The notes under the pieces were generated by a model. That model saw only the letters and a program-made list of their open reading frames with translations, had not been told where the DNA came from and did no database searches. This document shows, one piece after another, positions 15,006 to 28,990 of a stretch of 64,000 bases of DNA (the stretch's first letter is position 1; the number at the start of each line of letters is the position of its first letter). The stretch covers positions 55,242,001 through 55,306,000 of the forward strand of contig OX597831.1 in NCBI GenBank assembly GCA_951406725.2. The letters are read 5' to 3'. This DNA comes from Octopus vulgaris. Taxonomy: Eukaryota. A program made the translations under genes and the position numbers.

Positions 15006-16022
15006 GTCATATTTTTAAATTCAGCCCTCAGAAGTTTGTTCGGCAGCTAATAATTCAACAAATATCTTACAATCTGACTTCTATTCACTCACAGATCAAG
15101 CACCAATATTTTTCCTCAATATTTCCTGTGTTTCTCTAGAAAATAATCAACAATTTTTTTTTCCATCATAAAACCATAAAAATGGTTTTCAAAGACCAAA
15201 AACATTATTGTATTTTACATTTACAGACTTGACAAGAAACACAACACATAATTATGAGAATTGTTAGCACAAAAATAGCAGGCAATTAAAAATAAATAGA
15301 TAGAAATAGATTTAGCCTGAAAGCAGCTAACAAGAAAGGGAAATATTATTAAAAAAATAAAAATCAAAGCTAAACAACAATGATTATAAAGAAATTGAAA
15401 AAAACAAAAAGAATTTGTCCTCAAAGGTAACAAAAATATTGAAGTCCACTTAACTCAATATGAAAAAAAATGATAAATTTACAGCTATGAAAAAATATAA
15501 ATCAAGCTTAAATAATAAAATCTAAATAATAAAATCTACAAAATAACAGTTTGCTTGGAGGAAAAAGAAAAAAAATCATTTTCGGATAAGTCAGGGCAGC
15601 TATTGAGATCTTTTAAAAATGAACACATTATATAAAGATCAAAGGCAGAGAAATCAATACAGCTCATAAAAGCTAAATAATATATATTTTATATATAAAT
15701 TTGTGGAATACATTTTGGAATAATCTATATCAAGTAGCAATCATTTTGACAAACAAAAATAAATAATAAAAATAAAAATAATGCTTCTCTTTACATACTC
15801 GGTAAGATTAATTAAAAAACATACGATGAAAGAATGACTAAAGATGCAAAACAATAGAATTGAGTATTCTAATAACACTGAATGTTTCAGGTAAAAGACC
15901 ATGGGTAATTTTGTTTTGTTTCTCACATTGAGAATTTCAACACAAGAATTATAAACAAATGTAAACCACAAATTCTGAAGCATTAAACGAAAAAGGATAA
16001 AGCTCTTGCCAGTAGTATCATT

Positions 16023-16766
16023 ATGATGAATTTGACTAATGCTTCGGCTGTTTCCGAAGCTAATGATTACCAGTCAATTAGGAGTACCATGAACCAACAG
16101 CAGCACCGAACGCAATCTTTTACAGCTGTATTAGTCTTAACAAGCCTTTTCGCTTTATTTACTGTAAGCGTTACAGGGGCGATCATTGTGTTTTGTAAAA
16201 AGAAAAACACAGTGTTTGCCTTGCAGAAATGTGAACAAGATTCAGATATCGACTGTGAATTGGATGATTTCAACACTGAAATAGAAATCAGTGATGACAG
16301 CACAGATGACTATTTGGTTCCAATGTCGAAGCGATCTGCAACTTATCCTAATTTGGAAATTGTTTGCAACAGGAACTACAGACCACATGATAATATTGAA
16401 AGCAACAAACAAAAAGACACAACTAATGTGTCCAAACACATCCCACGGGCACATACATTTTCATTTGAATGCTATGAATACACTCCAATAAAACTTAGTA
16501 CTACAAGCAAAGACAACAAAAAGAAAGAAGGTGAAAAGCAAGTGATAAAAGTACAGAAAAATCAAAAGTCCAAAACAGTTTATCACCAACTGAAAACTTC
16601 AAGTAAAGAGTGTTTGTCGCCAGAAAATCCAGGAGATGAAAATGACAGCAAATGTTTAGGTTATTCTGTGAATAAGGACAACTGGAAAAGTTCACCAGAA
16701 AATGATGCAGGCATGGCAGACCCTTTTATAGTTGATAAAGCTATGTTATTACAACAAAGTCAATAA
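16023..16766 (+). CDS. Uncharacterised 247-aa single-pass membrane protein, nested antisense in a CEP78 intron
   Basis: Only long non-repetitive, non-TE ORF. In-frame TAA upstream at 15984-15986. N-glycosylation sequons NLT/NAS at the N-terminus, hydrophobic aa 33-57 followed by CKKK, acidic patch, several YxxPhi motifs. Lies in a SINE-free block. Confidence 0.75.
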   Translation: MMNLTNASAVSEANDYQSIRSTMNQQQHRTQSFTAVLVLTSLFALFTVSVTGAIIVFCKKKNTVFALQKCEQDSDIDCELDDFNTEIEISDDSTDDYLVPMSKRSATYPNLEIVCNRNYRPHDNIESNKQKDTTNVSKHIPRAHTFSFECYEYTPIKLSTTSKDNKKKEGEKQVIKVQKNQKSKTVYHQLKTSSKECLSPENPGDENDSKCLGYSVNKDNWKSSPENDAGMADPFIVDKAMLLQQSQ

Positions 16767-19700
16767 AATCTTGCAAACAATTGTTCTCAGACACACACAC
16801 ACATACTTCAGTGTGTGTGTGTGTGTGCACATGTGTATACAGTTCTACTGTTCCTCATAGCCATGCCATCTTTCACGTTGAGAAGAGATCTCTGGAGGTT
16901 AAGTCTGAACTCTTACTCTCAGGAACAGCCAATAAATGATGCATATGATGTAAAATGATGCCAAAATGTGCCAGTGGATTTCTTCATCAATATCATTTTA
17001 AAACAATAAACTCATAGAATACAAAAAGTCAATACAAAATTAAGGTAGTTAAAATTCTACTTAAATACAAATTATTTAGAACATTTTATTTTATTTTTAA
17101 TTAACAAAATGTTCAAGGAAGAGAGACAAGACACAGAGATGAGTGAACAAACATAAAAATTAGAGAAAATTGGATGCAGTCAATAGCCATTACAAGTACA
17201 AAATGATATAAAAAAAAAAGACCAAAAACAAAACACAGAAACACTAATCATGAAAAGTGAAGCAATTCAAAATAAAGAATAATCAATAATGGAGAAATTT
17301 TTCCTAGAGAAAATGAAATACTAAAAAAAAAAAAGAAAAGAAAAAAAAAAAAAAAAGAAACAGTTAATTAAGAATTTCATTATGAATTTGCTATTAAAAT
17401 TTGCAACAGTGTGAAACAATGATCCATTTGATGCTCTGATGAGATATTTTGATGTGAGATTTCATTAAAACCAACAAGGCAGATGGGAACATATTTAAAG
17501 ATAGATTAATAAAATAGTATGCAGGTTAACTAATATAGTGAGAAATTTAGAGTTAAGAGCCTGATTTAACAAGAGTTCTATTCATGTTCATGATTATTTT
17601 ATTTTATTTTATTTATTTATTTACTTTTTATTTGCTAAATTGTCTCGATTCAATTTAGTTGTGAGCAACAGTAAATGATAGACGACAAATAGCAGTGTGA
17701 TTAAAGTACACATGGAAGAAGCAAAAAAAAAAAAAAAATTTTCAAACAAAACAAAGCCTTAAAACTGAAGAAGTTGAACAATGTGTGTCTTAAATGCAAA
17801 GACATTTCAGACAAAACTATTTCAGGAAATGAACCATGTATGAAGTCAGAAGGTTTTGTTAATTATGTCTACAAGAATAATAGGAAAGGTCAACACAATT
17901 GCTATAAACATGGAAGATATAAATGAAAAAAATAAAATGTAGAATGGTTAATACTCATTGAACTAAATTGATTTTAACGCTTACAACTGAATAACTTTTC
18001 CCATAAAACTATATGCTGTTTTTACAACAATGTCTACAATACTGTAGTAGTGATAAACAAAGGAAAACAAGCCAGATTTGAAGTTGATCAAAGAAATGGT
18101 CAACTGAGCATGAAGTGAGAACTGAAAAGCTTGAAAGAATTGTGTCAAAAACACAAGACTATTAAATGAAATGAGGTGTGAGTTTGGGTCAAGAAATAAA
18201 AGTTAAAACTGAAGACATGATACTCTAAAAAAAACAACTAATATTAAAGTATATTAAAGAAAAACTGAAGATGTTATATTGCTTTTTTCAATGGAATATC
18301 AGTCTACAATCAAATACCCAACTGAGTTCTTTAAAGAATTGCAAAAACAAAAATGGAAATTTCAACCTCTCAATCTATCCATATAAATTATGAATATTTT
18401 TGCCTCCAAACAATTTGTTTCGCATTACTTGTACAAATCCAAGAAAGTTCACCATCACTCAAAAAATTTTAATAACCAATGTTTTGTAGTGAAGAAATTT
18501 ACCTTCCGTCTTACTAATTATGAAAGAAAATATTTCAAGTAATTATATTTTGGGATTTTTTACTTTCTTTTGAAGCTGCTGTTTCCATTTAAAAAAAAAA
18601 CAAAAAAACATAAACATCTGGTATTAAAGTGTTTTCATAATAGAAACAAAAGATCTGGTGACTGACAGAGCTATTTCCCTCGTCAAAGGAAAAAATATTG
18701 AGAAATTGCATTCTCCAATATGAAAACATATTTCAAAACATTATAATTATTAATGATTTAATATCATTAAATTATTAATATCAAATTATTACTATTATTT
18801 AATTATAATAATAGTTTAATTAAAGAATTTAGAAGAAAGACATAGCAAGAAATCATAATAAAATGTGTCAATTAAATCAGTCTTAAGTCAATCCTAGACA
18901 ACAGAAAGATTTGACTGTTAACACTTTGTTAGCTGATCATGAAAGATAATGTGCTTAATTCAATAATACAGAAAGGTTTCAAGACAACGGAAATAACTGG
19001 TTGTTATATAAACGAAGGGTAATAATATTTTCTTAAGAAATAGGATATTTTCTAATTACTTTTAACAATTAGCTCTGATGGACAGATATAAAATGTTTCA
19101 ATTGAGAATGTGCATAAGACTTTTTATTTCTTTAACTATGTTTTAACATTGTGGAGTTGCAGCTTGTTGAATCAAACAGGATATCAAGCTGCTGGTCAAA
19201 GTGACTATGGTTCATGCCCCATCAATGACTACTGTACTGTGCCCATATGAAAGGAACTCTTAACCTGACTGTAATTAGGTAACTTGGGCAATTAACTAAC
19301 TGCTCTAAGCAGCAAGGGCTCTGGCATCATTGCCAAGTACTTTGTTAGCTTGCAGTGCTGAATTCAAACTTTCTCATGAATGTTTCTTGGAGAGGGATGT
19401 GCAATTATACCAGGTTAGCTTGCCATAAATACACAACATGAATACAAATGCTTCAAGCAGTGCCTCTTTAACCCAACAACTCATGGGATTCAACATATAA
19501 TTTACAAATTCTCTATTTATTAATCAATAACATTTCTTTTCTTTACAAATATACTAATATATTTTGGCTCTCATTGGAATCATCAGTAACAACAGCATTT
19601 TATGTCTGCTTTTCCATGCTGGCATGGATTGGATGGATTTTTCTGAAGAAGTGCTTCACAACCAGACACCCTTCCTGCTATTAATCCTTTTAGTCACTGC

Positions 19701-19779
19701 TAATGACAGCAGTAATGCAGTGTACCTATTGTAAAACTAGGATGTACATGGTAAAGTTTGTATAGAAAATATTAATATT

Positions 19780-19825
<46 letters not shown>

Positions 19826-19986
19826 ACTTGCCTAAGATATTCAACATGAAGATAAATGCTTCAAGTCCCAACAGCATATAGCACTATGTTATTGTACAAT
19901 TATCATTTCTTTATTGCCAGTCATAAGGACAACATTTATCACAAATACACTAATATATTTTAGCTCTCATAGGAAATATTTAAAGA

Positions 19987-20024
<38 letters not shown>

Positions 20025-21930
20025 ACATTTGCACAACTTTGTTCAGTCCAATTCTTATATTACAAACGTTTAGCAAATAGGGTTTTCAATTCATTTTATT
20101 TATATTTTTAGAAATTAAAAATAATAAAATGATTTTAATATAGGGCAAGTTAAAGAAAAAAAGTTGATATAAACTGACTAAATACCTCACAATAAATATA
20201 TAGGTTCTTCCCTTTACATTCTTTAAGTTAAAATCTCATGAGGGTTGAAATTAGACTTTCATTCTATCAGAATTAACACAATAAGTGCTCATCATGAATT
20301 AAGGATCATCAATTTAATTATCCAAACCCTTCTCCATCTTTTTGTCTTTGTACTAATGTAAAAAAAAAACCCTTTGAGTTATCTAAAAGAAGTTGACAGA
20401 AATGGTAAATCAGTAAAACTTAGTATTTCATTTTGTCTTTATACATCTTGAAATCAAATTCTAGCAAAAAATGATATTGCCTTTCATCTCTCCAAGATTA
20501 ATAAGTACCGATAATAGCAACATATTTGATCTCAAAAAAAAGAAAAAGGAGAAAACCAAACTGGCCTTGAGTCTAGTCAAAAGAAATCAATATTGAGCTG
20601 ACTAACATTGCCTACTTATTAAACCTGGCAAGTGATGAGTAGAGAGTATAAAATTATTCCATTCATATTCTCACAAGATTTTTCTGAACTATTTACTTCA
20701 TTGAAACTGTGATCTGAAAATTATGATTTTTGCCTGTTCAACAGATTGCTGATGAAAATATTTAATTATCTTTGACAATTGCAGTGGTGACACGTTACCA
20801 AAAAAATAAAAAAGAAAGAAAAAAATCAAATTTAAAATTTAATGATGGCATTTGGATGGCAACATTTTTTCCCATGAAAATTTCATCAAAAATTTTAAAG
20901 AAATTAAATTTCCTTTACTTTTCTATAATGGAAGTATCTGTTATTTATTCTGATTTTCATGTTTTCCATTATATGATATTTTTCTTTTTCATCCGAGGTT
21001 TATCAATATTCACATAACAAAACAAGAATCACAATATTTAAATACCAGATCAACCTAGATTGAGCAGATCTGTGATCAAAGGCATTCTAGCCATGACTGC
21101 TCTGTCATTTTAGGAGTATCTAATGTATCCTTTCCCTTTTAAGATTGTAAGGTGTGGAACAAGAGAGATTTGGTTGTTGCTTTAGTATGTTTAGCGTATC
21201 TATGAAGCTTTATATGTTTTTAATTCTGTTTAATAATAGAAAATCTCCATAAACTATTTATATTAGCCCATAGCACTTAGTGACCTGGATAAACTCAAAA
21301 GCATAAAGTAGCAGATAACCTAAACCAACTGTGATTTTCACTTACTATAAGGATTTTGGTAAGACATACAAAGAATCTTAGAGATCTTCTCAGAGATAAA
21401 ACCAACTCAAATGATAAATAAAAACAATATATTTTTGCTTACATAATTTCTCATGGGTGCTTATGGGAAGAACTACAAGGATAAAGTAGGATTACTTCTG
21501 GGTGCGGGCATAAAAAGGTAGTGCAAAGATCTAATCAATCTATCAGTGGAGAATTAAAGGTGTCAAGATTGATAGAAATTCTATGAAGCAAAAATTTAAA
21601 TCATACGTCATAATTACATGACATTTCCATTACAGACAAACAAAGAATAATCAAAGATAAAAGTTAAGCATAGCTAAGTGAGAATTTGATTAATCTAGCC
21701 AAATATGGCTGCCTGTACTAGAATAAGTTTAAATATCATTAAAAACTAAACTATCAAACATAACATAAGGAAGGAAGGAAATATTATTTGCTCAGGAAAA
21801 GGGGATGTTATTTACAGCAGGTCATTTCCAAAGGCATTAACAATGTAAGTGAAGTTTGAAAAACCAAATTTAGCACTTCAGTTTAGTACCAATGAGAACC
21901 TACTGCTACAACACCTACTGGAAAAAGAGA

Positions 21931-22048
21931 AATGATGATGATGATGATGATTACAATGATGATGAAGATTACAATGATGATGAAGATTACAATGATGATG
22001 AAGATGATGATGATGAAGATAATGATGATGATGCTGATGATGATGATG
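21931..22048. repeat. (GAT)n with an 18-bp higher-order unit gattacaatgatgatgaa x3
   Basis: Directly visible. Confidence 0.9.
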
Positions 22049-22469
22049 AAAAATACTCTAGTCTGGAACTAAACCAATTATTTGTCTTTAACAGAACTAG
22101 AATAAGTGCTCTACACTGACTTGTAACCAATCTTAATATTTAAGAGCTATTTAGTCTCATTATGGTATCATAACAATATATTTTCTCCAAAACACATCTT
22201 CTTATGAATGTAATCAGTTACTTAAAGTATCAAGAAAACTATAGATGCAACAGTATAAGGAGAGATCAAGAGAAAATAGTTACAGTTCTGCAGTAGTTTT
22301 TTTTAAATTTATTTCATAATACTATTCTTCAAGTTTAATGGGGTTTTTTTTAAGTATGATTTTTTTTTTTTTTTTCAGTCAGATAAACTAGTCACTTAAT
22401 CATGATGTAAGATGAGATGATTGAGTCAAGCAGAATAAATTACCTTTTGTTTAATTCACTCCTCAGAGC

Positions 22470-22760
22470 TATATTAGAATGCTGCTCACAAAAATAGGAC
22501 AGTCGGGCTACCACACATGCCGATTCCAGGTTGCATAAAAGACCTTCCAGATGATTGGCAAAAACACGTTCATTAACACATTACAACCACCAGCTCATAG
22601 GTGTTATTTCCTCTCTCTACTACAATGGCCTCTGTTCCACTGAGCTAGCTATACTCTATCCTCATAGAAACACACAACATAACTCTCTTCCTCTCACCAC
22701 CCCTACTTTACCTCGCTCCTCCCTAGAATACTCTAAAAACAACCCCCTCTGTTTTCAGTG
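22470..22760 (+). mobile_element. Old CR1/Jockey-group LINE 3' remnant
   Basis: SLYYNGLCSTELA resembles the C-terminal motif of these LINEs. Confidence 0.4.
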
Positions 22761-24479
22761 AGCCCCGCCACTCTTCATCATCTTTATGATGAAACTTATA
22801 GAGAACTATCCATGTACATTGGGTCTATTTCTAGTACCACAAACACTGGGCTATCACATGAATACATATAGAATGAACCCCAATGATGGCCAGTCAGATA
22901 TAGCAAGTTATTGATATGAATCTGAGACTTTCTTTCAGTTTCACATGATGCCAATGAAGGGGACAGTAATACTCACTCTCCCTCTCTCTCACTGTCTGTC
23001 TGTCTCTCTCTCTCACACACACACACACAATGACCTTCTTTTAGTCTCCATCTATGAAATCCACCCACAAGGATTTGGTCGGCCTGGGACTGGAGTAGAA
23101 GATACTTGCTCAAAATACCATGCATTGAGATTGACCCTGCAACCATGCAGTTGGAAAGCAAACTTCTAACCACACAGCCATGCTTGCACCTAATTATATG
23201 AAACATAAATGCAAAACATTAAAGATATTTCTATACTGGTGCATAAAAATTTTTCCAGACTCCATGTTCTTTATCTTGCTCGTCTACCTATCCAGTTCAT
23301 ATCACAAAAAGGATTCTATAAATTCACGCATCACAACAACAACTAAAATAAACTTTTTGAAATAGTTATTTCTCTCTCTCCTTCAATCATGTAAAAATAT
23401 TCACATGCTGCAGCAAAAGATTATTCAACTTATTGAAGAAATATCGATATTTATTTTTTCTCTCTTGACAAACAGATATGGCTGACTATAAAAATAAACA
23501 GTACATTCATGAATAACTCCAGTTTTATCAGAAAATATAAATTAGTAGATTATTATTGATGAATTGAAAATATTTTTCAAAAAAGAAAACCTCCACAAAA
23601 TAAAAAAGAACCAACTTTTTTATGCAGAACAGCTTGCATTTTTTTTTGTTCTTTTTAGATATGTATGTGTTCAGAGGGAAATACTTCTGTTTCTTTTTTT
23701 TTCTTTTTTTTTTCAACTGTTTCTTCCAGCAGTCTTGTTGAACAGAAACTTCCATTGTTCTGGTAGTGTGGAAGAAATATCGATTTATTAGGCCATTGAG
23801 AAGTAGGTTACACTATTGGCTCCTATTTACATATAGATATTACTGTTTTTGATGTGTTTTAAACATATAGGTCTAGAAATATTGCAGATCAAAATGGATA
23901 AGAGGTAAAACAAAAGCAAATATAACAAGTAATAGATACTAAGTCTTCCTGTCTAAAGAAAAATAATATCCAATCTGGTAGGCACATGAATGACTATGTT
24001 TTGCTGAGGACTAATAAGACTGAAACATGTCTAGAGTTGTCACCAGGTATCCCACAGATCAAATTATTCTTCTCCTCTAACTGCCTATTTGTAATAGTAA
24101 TTCATTGAAACTTCAATGTACCCTATCAAAAGGGAGATCCTCTTCCACTAGCTTAACATTCATAAAATTAGTGAAGTATCAGTCCTATAGATTTTTGTGT
24201 TAGGGAGGTATTAGCAATGAAACCAGGACCAATGACCAGGCCATCCTTTTTACAGGACACAGTACAAAGATTTAGCACTAAAAATACATGGCTCCTATTT
24301 TAACAATAAAGTGTTTGTTGCAGAGGAAAATTTAAATGACAGCTGGGACCCATGTTGAAAGACTATATCACTATTACCTTACTTGGTAGGTCATGTATGT
24401 ATCAATTTTTCTTCTCAGTGAAAAGAAGTGACAGGTGATCAAGATGTAGAAAATAAAACATTATGCTAAAATAATGAAC

Positions 24480-26000
24480 AGTCTTTGATCATGATCCCTG
24501 ACGGAAAGAATCTTAGAAACCCTGACATAATTTCAAAATCACAAGAAACAGAGCAAGAAAAAAATTAAAATTGACAGGAAGAATAAAAATTCCAACTTGA
24601 ACTAATTTCTTTTAATGTGAATGTGATATTTTTGTCAATGCACAATTTTCTAGTTTATTCCTCTACTTAGACAGACATAAGAAAATTTTAAGTAGTACTA
24701 CCACATCAAAAGTTTGACCAGTGAAGTTGCTGGCCAACAATCTAGCTACTAATAAACCCATTTAGTTCAACTTAGCCTAAGCTGCAAACTTATAAATTTC
24801 CTAAACGAAAGTTGTCCTCCACAATGCAACTGCCCAAAATGATCAGTTTATTTCATCCTATACATGCCTAAGTATTGTGAAATGGCAGTAAACTCACTTT
24901 AGGTAGAGTCTGTGATCCAATTTTAATACCTGCTTGAAGCTTATTCCTATGAGTGTCTTTAGTTAATAAAGGCATGATGATTAAATCATTGCATCCTTAC
25001 TATGAAGCTGCTGTTCTCTTGTGCAATACACTGCACAAAATTGAATTTCATTAAGCTTTATCTATGACATGTTTAATATAGGTAAAAGTATTCAGAATGA
25101 TCTGATGTCACAGTGGGTTACATTCATGGGGAATATTAGGATATTTCTTACAGATGGTGACTGGATGCAAGAATAGTAGTGAGATGAAAAAAAGAAAGAT
25201 GTTTAGAACTAGAGACAAGTTGTACTTGTATGAACCATAGAAATAGCTGTGCTTTAAAGAAATAAATTTTACCTATGCCAAAGAGATAACCATGTTAGAA
25301 GAGACATATTACTAATGGATAATTGATGCTGTAAATTAAGTAAATGCAATCAAAGAAAGATTTGGCTTAAAGTACTGATTGGAGTCATTAAAGTTTATCG
25401 CACCAAATGAGATGATGCAGAATCAAAATGCTTTGGGGAAAGTGTTTTTCAACCCCAAAACCAAATGTTACATCAGTGGTGATGACGGCGGCGGAGATAG
25501 AGGGGGAAAAGCAAAAGGAATTGAAAAGTAACATAAGCAGAATTCATCTCTCCAGCAGTAATGTTCAACAGTAACATCCATATAATTAACATAATAATGT
25601 ACTAGTTTGTTAAAATGATATCCACAACAATACAAACATATGATGCAAGTAAGTAAACAGTTTCATGAATTGTGCCACCAAGGTTCTCCGAAAATATTGT
25701 TGCTAATGATGGCATTATTTTGAAATTCAGAGACAGCTCAAAATTTTACTTGATAATGTAAAATTATTTGCTAGAAATATGCTCAGAAAATCAACATATT
25801 GGTTACACTTCATTTACTTTGGAAATTGCTATATAGACTATGATGAACATTATAACAAAGCAAATGAATAAATCATCTGAAATAACTGATCGTACAAAAG
25901 CTGAACAAGATTATTAGTCAATATCTAATCAAAATCATTAATTTAAGTGTCCCATGAAGAGAATTAAACTAATATTTATAGTAATGCCTTCAAACACAAC
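24480..26000 (+). mobile_element. Possible very old Gypsy pol remnant
   Basis: Faint integrase-like traces (ggttctccgaaaatattgttgctaatgatggc, roughly G.P..IV.DNG); no continuous frame. Confidence 0.25.
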
Positions 26001-26479
26001 TTCAGTTTCCCAATAATGTTTCAACAAAACTATTTTGATATTTTGAACTTATGAACAAAATAAATCATTTCATAACAGAAAACATCAATATTAGATTTTT
26101 CAAAGCAGGGGGGAAAAAATCAGTGATAATTAGAACCATTTTAGAGATGTTGCAGTCAATATTGTAAAATTATGTTGTTGTGTGTACACGCCTCTCAACA
26201 CAATTACTACACATACAGACACACAAACAATCATGCATCTATATATAAAAACTATACAGTCAAAGAGCAATAAAATCAAAATCATCATTCATTGGCTGAC
26301 AGTAATTGATTGATACTGTTCATCCTTCAGAATTATCAAGCAAATTTTATTCCTCATTTCACTAGACATCTGTCATCACGACTTGACTTTTTACAGTGCT
26401 ATGCAGCATCTTTCTACAAATGAACACATCATATCAGCTGACTTTTAGTGTTTAAAATCTGCATGCCTCTATGAAGACA

Positions 26480-26940
26480 CATCATCATTATCATTTAACA
26501 TCCACTTTCCAAGCTGGCATGGCGTAGACAGTTTCACGGGGCCTGGTCAGGCGCCATGTCTGTTTTGACATGGTTTCTACTGCCGGATGCTCTTCCTAAA
26601 GCCAACCACTTTACAGAGTGTACTGTCTGCTTATACACACGGTGTGCATTTACGTAAAACTGGTATGGGTGCTTTTTATGTGGCACCAGCACCCACAAGC
26701 CTGCAAGATTAGGATTCCTCAGCTGAAGAGGGATGCAGGGACATGCCTGTATGCAAGAACAACCAGGATTTTACTTAGCTTGACAGTCTTCTCAAGCACA
26801 GCAAACTGCTAGAAGTTTTGATCCCTCTGTGTCATCTCCTTTGTGAGGCCTAATGTCTTGAGATCCTCTCTCACCACTTTGTCCCACGTCTTCCTGGGTC
26901 TACCTTTTCCACATGTTCCCTCTTCAATTAGAGATTGGCC
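26480..26940 (-). mobile_element. RTE LINE 3' end
   Basis: Similar to 40655-41245 (GRPRKTWD region and tail); flanked by a direct repeat gcctctatgaagacaca (TSD-like). Confidence 0.75.
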
Positions 26941-27975
26941 TCTATGAAGACACATTACTATCAATCAGAATAAAAATGCAAATTATTGATGGAAAACAAC
27001 AATGGAATGGTATGGGGGGAGGGGATATGGATTAAAATTTAGGGATTCTTCTTCACCACTAATACCACTACCACCACCATCATTATCTTTGAGCACTTTG
27101 CATACTCAACTTTGAATGCAGCACCCCACAAACATGTATGCAGTGCACTTCCATATAGTTTCCATGCACCAAATTCAACATACAAGCTTTGTACTATTAT
27201 CGAAAGTAATTCAAATATACACTTCCATAATTTTTTTCTTCACTGTAGTAAATTTTTACCAAAAGATTTGAATTTTTTCCTTACTAAGCTTAGAGTTAGG
27301 AAAATTTGAAGAATTCATTCGTTGTTCCATTTCCCTCCTCAGACATTCTGGGAGCTTCTGATTTTTTCCCAATAGTTAAAGAAATCTTTCAGTTACAACA
27401 TCCATGTGAAGAAAATGCATTAAAAACTATTTTGCTTCAATATATTTTGACTCTTTTCACTCCATATTTTGGAATATTGTTAGAAAGTATTTCAATTCAA
27501 CTGATTTTATTTTTTGTGTTTTTAAATAAGCAGATTTTTGTGTTGAACTATTCTTGCAAGCTGGTTTGAAGAATTTTTTCCTCTTTTTTTTAATTGATAA
27601 AATTAATATGTTATGAGAGAAGAGAATACAGGCATGCTTCAACTTAATGATTCAGTTGGTTCCAAATGCCTAATTGTTAAGTGAGAAGGGCTAATTAAGA
27701 TAGAAATAATGTTATAAGCAGTGATTACATTTTTCCTAATGAGATTTGAGAAATTTCCGAAAGTATTAAATAAGAAGCAATACAACATAAACTTAGGCAC
27801 AGCCAATGATTTGACTGCATAAACCATTTGCAACAATCAAAAATCTCTAGTTTTGTAAACATCACTCAATGTTTCTTTGCTACCGGTTTTGGAGTTATCA
27901 TTCAATTTGGCTTTGCCGCACATATTTCTTTCACTTGAAATAGGAATCACTTTTTTCTTTTTTGCATAAATGTAT

Positions 27976-28990
27976 CAAGATTGCTGAATGTGGAGAATGA
28001 ATGAGAGGAGGAAAGTCTGCCAAAGGTTGACCCAATTGAAGGACCAGCTATCTGAATCGACAGTATCCTGACAGATAAAGCAATTAAGGATATGAAGACA
28101 GAGAAAGCACCTGGCCCATCAGGAATCACCACTGAGATACTTAAAATATCAGGCAGTGTCAGTTATAGTCTAGTCTCCCATATCATAAATCAGGTAGTTC
28201 ATGAAGGAGTCATACCCAATGACTGGTGTGGCAGCACCATAGTTAACTGCTACAAAGGTAAAAGTGATATTTTAGAAAGAAATAACTACAGGGGTATCAA
28301 ATTATTGGATCAGGTGATGAAAGTTACAGAGAGGTTCATAGTCCAACTAATTAGGGAGAGAGTTAGCCGAGATGAGATGCAGTTTGGTTTCGTGCCACTG
28401 ATGCTGTATTGCTAAGGCAACTGCAGGAGAAATACCTAGCCAAAGGTACTTGGCTTTTGTTGACTTTGAGAAAGCCTTTGACAGGGTCCTCTGATCCCTT
28501 ATCTGGTGGTCAATGCAGAAACTAGGGATAGACGAGTGGTTGGTAAGAGCTATACAAGCCCTGTACAGGAATGCTGTCAGAAAGGTGAGGGTTGGCAATG
28601 CGTATAGTGAAGAATTCCAGGGGTTCACCAAGGATCAGTCCTCAGCCCTCTCATATTCATCATAGTCCTCCAGGTAATAACAGGAATTCAAGACAAGCTG
28701 CCCCTGGGAGCTCCTCTATGCTGATGAACTTGCTTTAATAGCTAAGTCACTACCAGAAATAGAGACAAAGTTTAGGGTGTGGAAGCAAGGTCTAGAATCT
28801 AAGGGCCTTAGAGTCAACTTAACAAAAACTAAAGTCCTAGTAAGTAGGAAGGCAGACAAATCACAAACCCCTTCAGGTAAATGGCCTGGCTCAATCTGTA
28901 GAAAAGGCATAGATAGAAACCTCATAAGATGTACGTGGTGTAAGCTACGGAAACATAAGAGCTGCAGCAATATCAAAGGAAGGTTAACCA
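27976..28990 (+). mobile_element. RTE-clade LINE RT fragment (pseudogenised)
   Basis: KAPGPSG, NYRGIKLL, MQFGF, FVDFEKAFDRV, HQGSVLSP, LLYADELAL across frameshifts, then a Cys-rich PHD-like segment. Confidence 0.9.

Noticed and set aside
21892-22119. Asp-rich ORF with DYNDDE repeats
   Set aside because: (GAT)n microsatellite with a local 18-bp duplication; no splice or homology support.
24000-24036. CTGAGGA...GAAACATGTC hammerhead-like motif
   Set aside because: No convincing stem I or stem II pairing.
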